From a virus, in the IMG/VR virus record IMGVR_UViG_3300032285_001268, positions 96,001-160,000 of that record: a stretch of 64,000 nucleotides of DNA; one strand, written 5' to 3'. Below, one piece after another: positions 63,665 through 64,000 of the stretch; the stretch's first letter is position 1; the number at the start of each line of letters is the position of its first letter. The notes beneath the pieces were generated by a model, which was not told the DNA's origin, did not search any database, and worked only from the letters and a program-made list of their open reading frames with translations. Both the position numbers and the translations under genes were made by a program.

Positions 63665-64000
63665 ATGGTACAACAAGTTATTAACATCGGTAGCGCAGCC
63701 AACAACGGAGTGGGAGATCCTCTTCGAGTTGGCGCTGAAAAAATTAATTCAAATTTTACTGAATTATATGCTAAACAAGTTCCTCCACAAACAGGAAATG
63801 GTGGAAAAGTTTTAACTACCGACGGATCAGTATTGTCCTGGACTGTAATTCCTGGTCTGTCTGCAATTAACGCAGGCACATTAGTTGGAAATACATTATC
63901 GAACACAGTAGTTTCAAGTAGTTTAACCAGCGTAGGTACCTTATCAAACCTAACAGTTACCTCTCCTATCCAAGGTACTATTGTTGGTAATGCCGGCACT
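63665..64000 (+). CDS. Tail-appendage protein, partial; paralog of 59442..62003
   Basis: Not in the ORF track (runs off the edge). MVQQVINIGSAANNGVGDPLRVGAEKINSNFTELYAKQVPPQTGNGGKVLTTDG; AAGGA/AGGA RBS. Confidence 0.85.
   Translation, partial: MVQQVINIGSAANNGVGDPLRVGAEKINSNFTELYAKQVPPQTGNGGKVLTTDGSVLSWTVIPGLSAINAGTLVGNTLSNTVVSSSLTSVGTLSNLTVTSPIQGTIVGNAGT

Noticed and set aside
63604-63999. Minus-strand 131-aa ORF in the track
   Set aside because: Shadow of the plus-strand gene starting at 63665, which has RBS, promoter and a paralog
1-64000. Alternative genetic code (stop-codon recoding) as in some large phages
   Set aside because: Core genes are full length under the standard code and the window is densely tiled by ORFs
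1-64000. Diversity-generating retroelement or invertible tail-fibre cassette
   Set aside because: No reverse transcriptase or invertase, and no adenine-specific template/variable repeat pair or long inverted repeats noticed
1-64000. CRISPR or mini-array
   Set aside because: No regularly spaced identical repeats with unique spacers; all repeats seen are in-frame coding repeats

Overview
A 64-kb slice of a large T4-like myovirus genome (standard genetic code, almost fully coding). No tRNA, rRNA, CRISPR array, integrase or transposase was seen. Left part, minus strand: two tandem paralogous giant tail-fibre-like proteins (one over 2,500 aa, missing from the ORF track because it runs off the left edge), a cluster of small paralogous virion proteins, the head module (gp23 capsid, gp22 scaffold, gp21 protease, acidic core protein, gp20 portal) and a tape-measure-like gene. 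Middle: a gp26-like baseplate-hub/tail chaperone, and a minus-strand operon of gp55 late sigma factor, gp47/gp46 nuclease, an Hc1-like protein and a GIY-YIG nuclease. Right part, plus strand: baseplate module (gp48/54-like, gp53, gp27-like, gp5, gp25, gp6), a 4,833-aa virion protein and tail-appendage genes. T4 late-promoter-type TAAATA boxes precede most late genes. Most notable signals: (1) a T TTT TTC slippery site that would fuse gp26 by -1 frameshift to a start-less 79-codon frame; (2) a ~480-nt hairpin-dense non-coding element with a candidate pseudoknot directly behind the GIY-YIG gene; (3) an intact sedolisin (S53) protease between two paralogous tail-appendage genes; (4) two structured late-gene leaders sharing a 9-mer. 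All family calls come from motif recognition by eye, not database searches.
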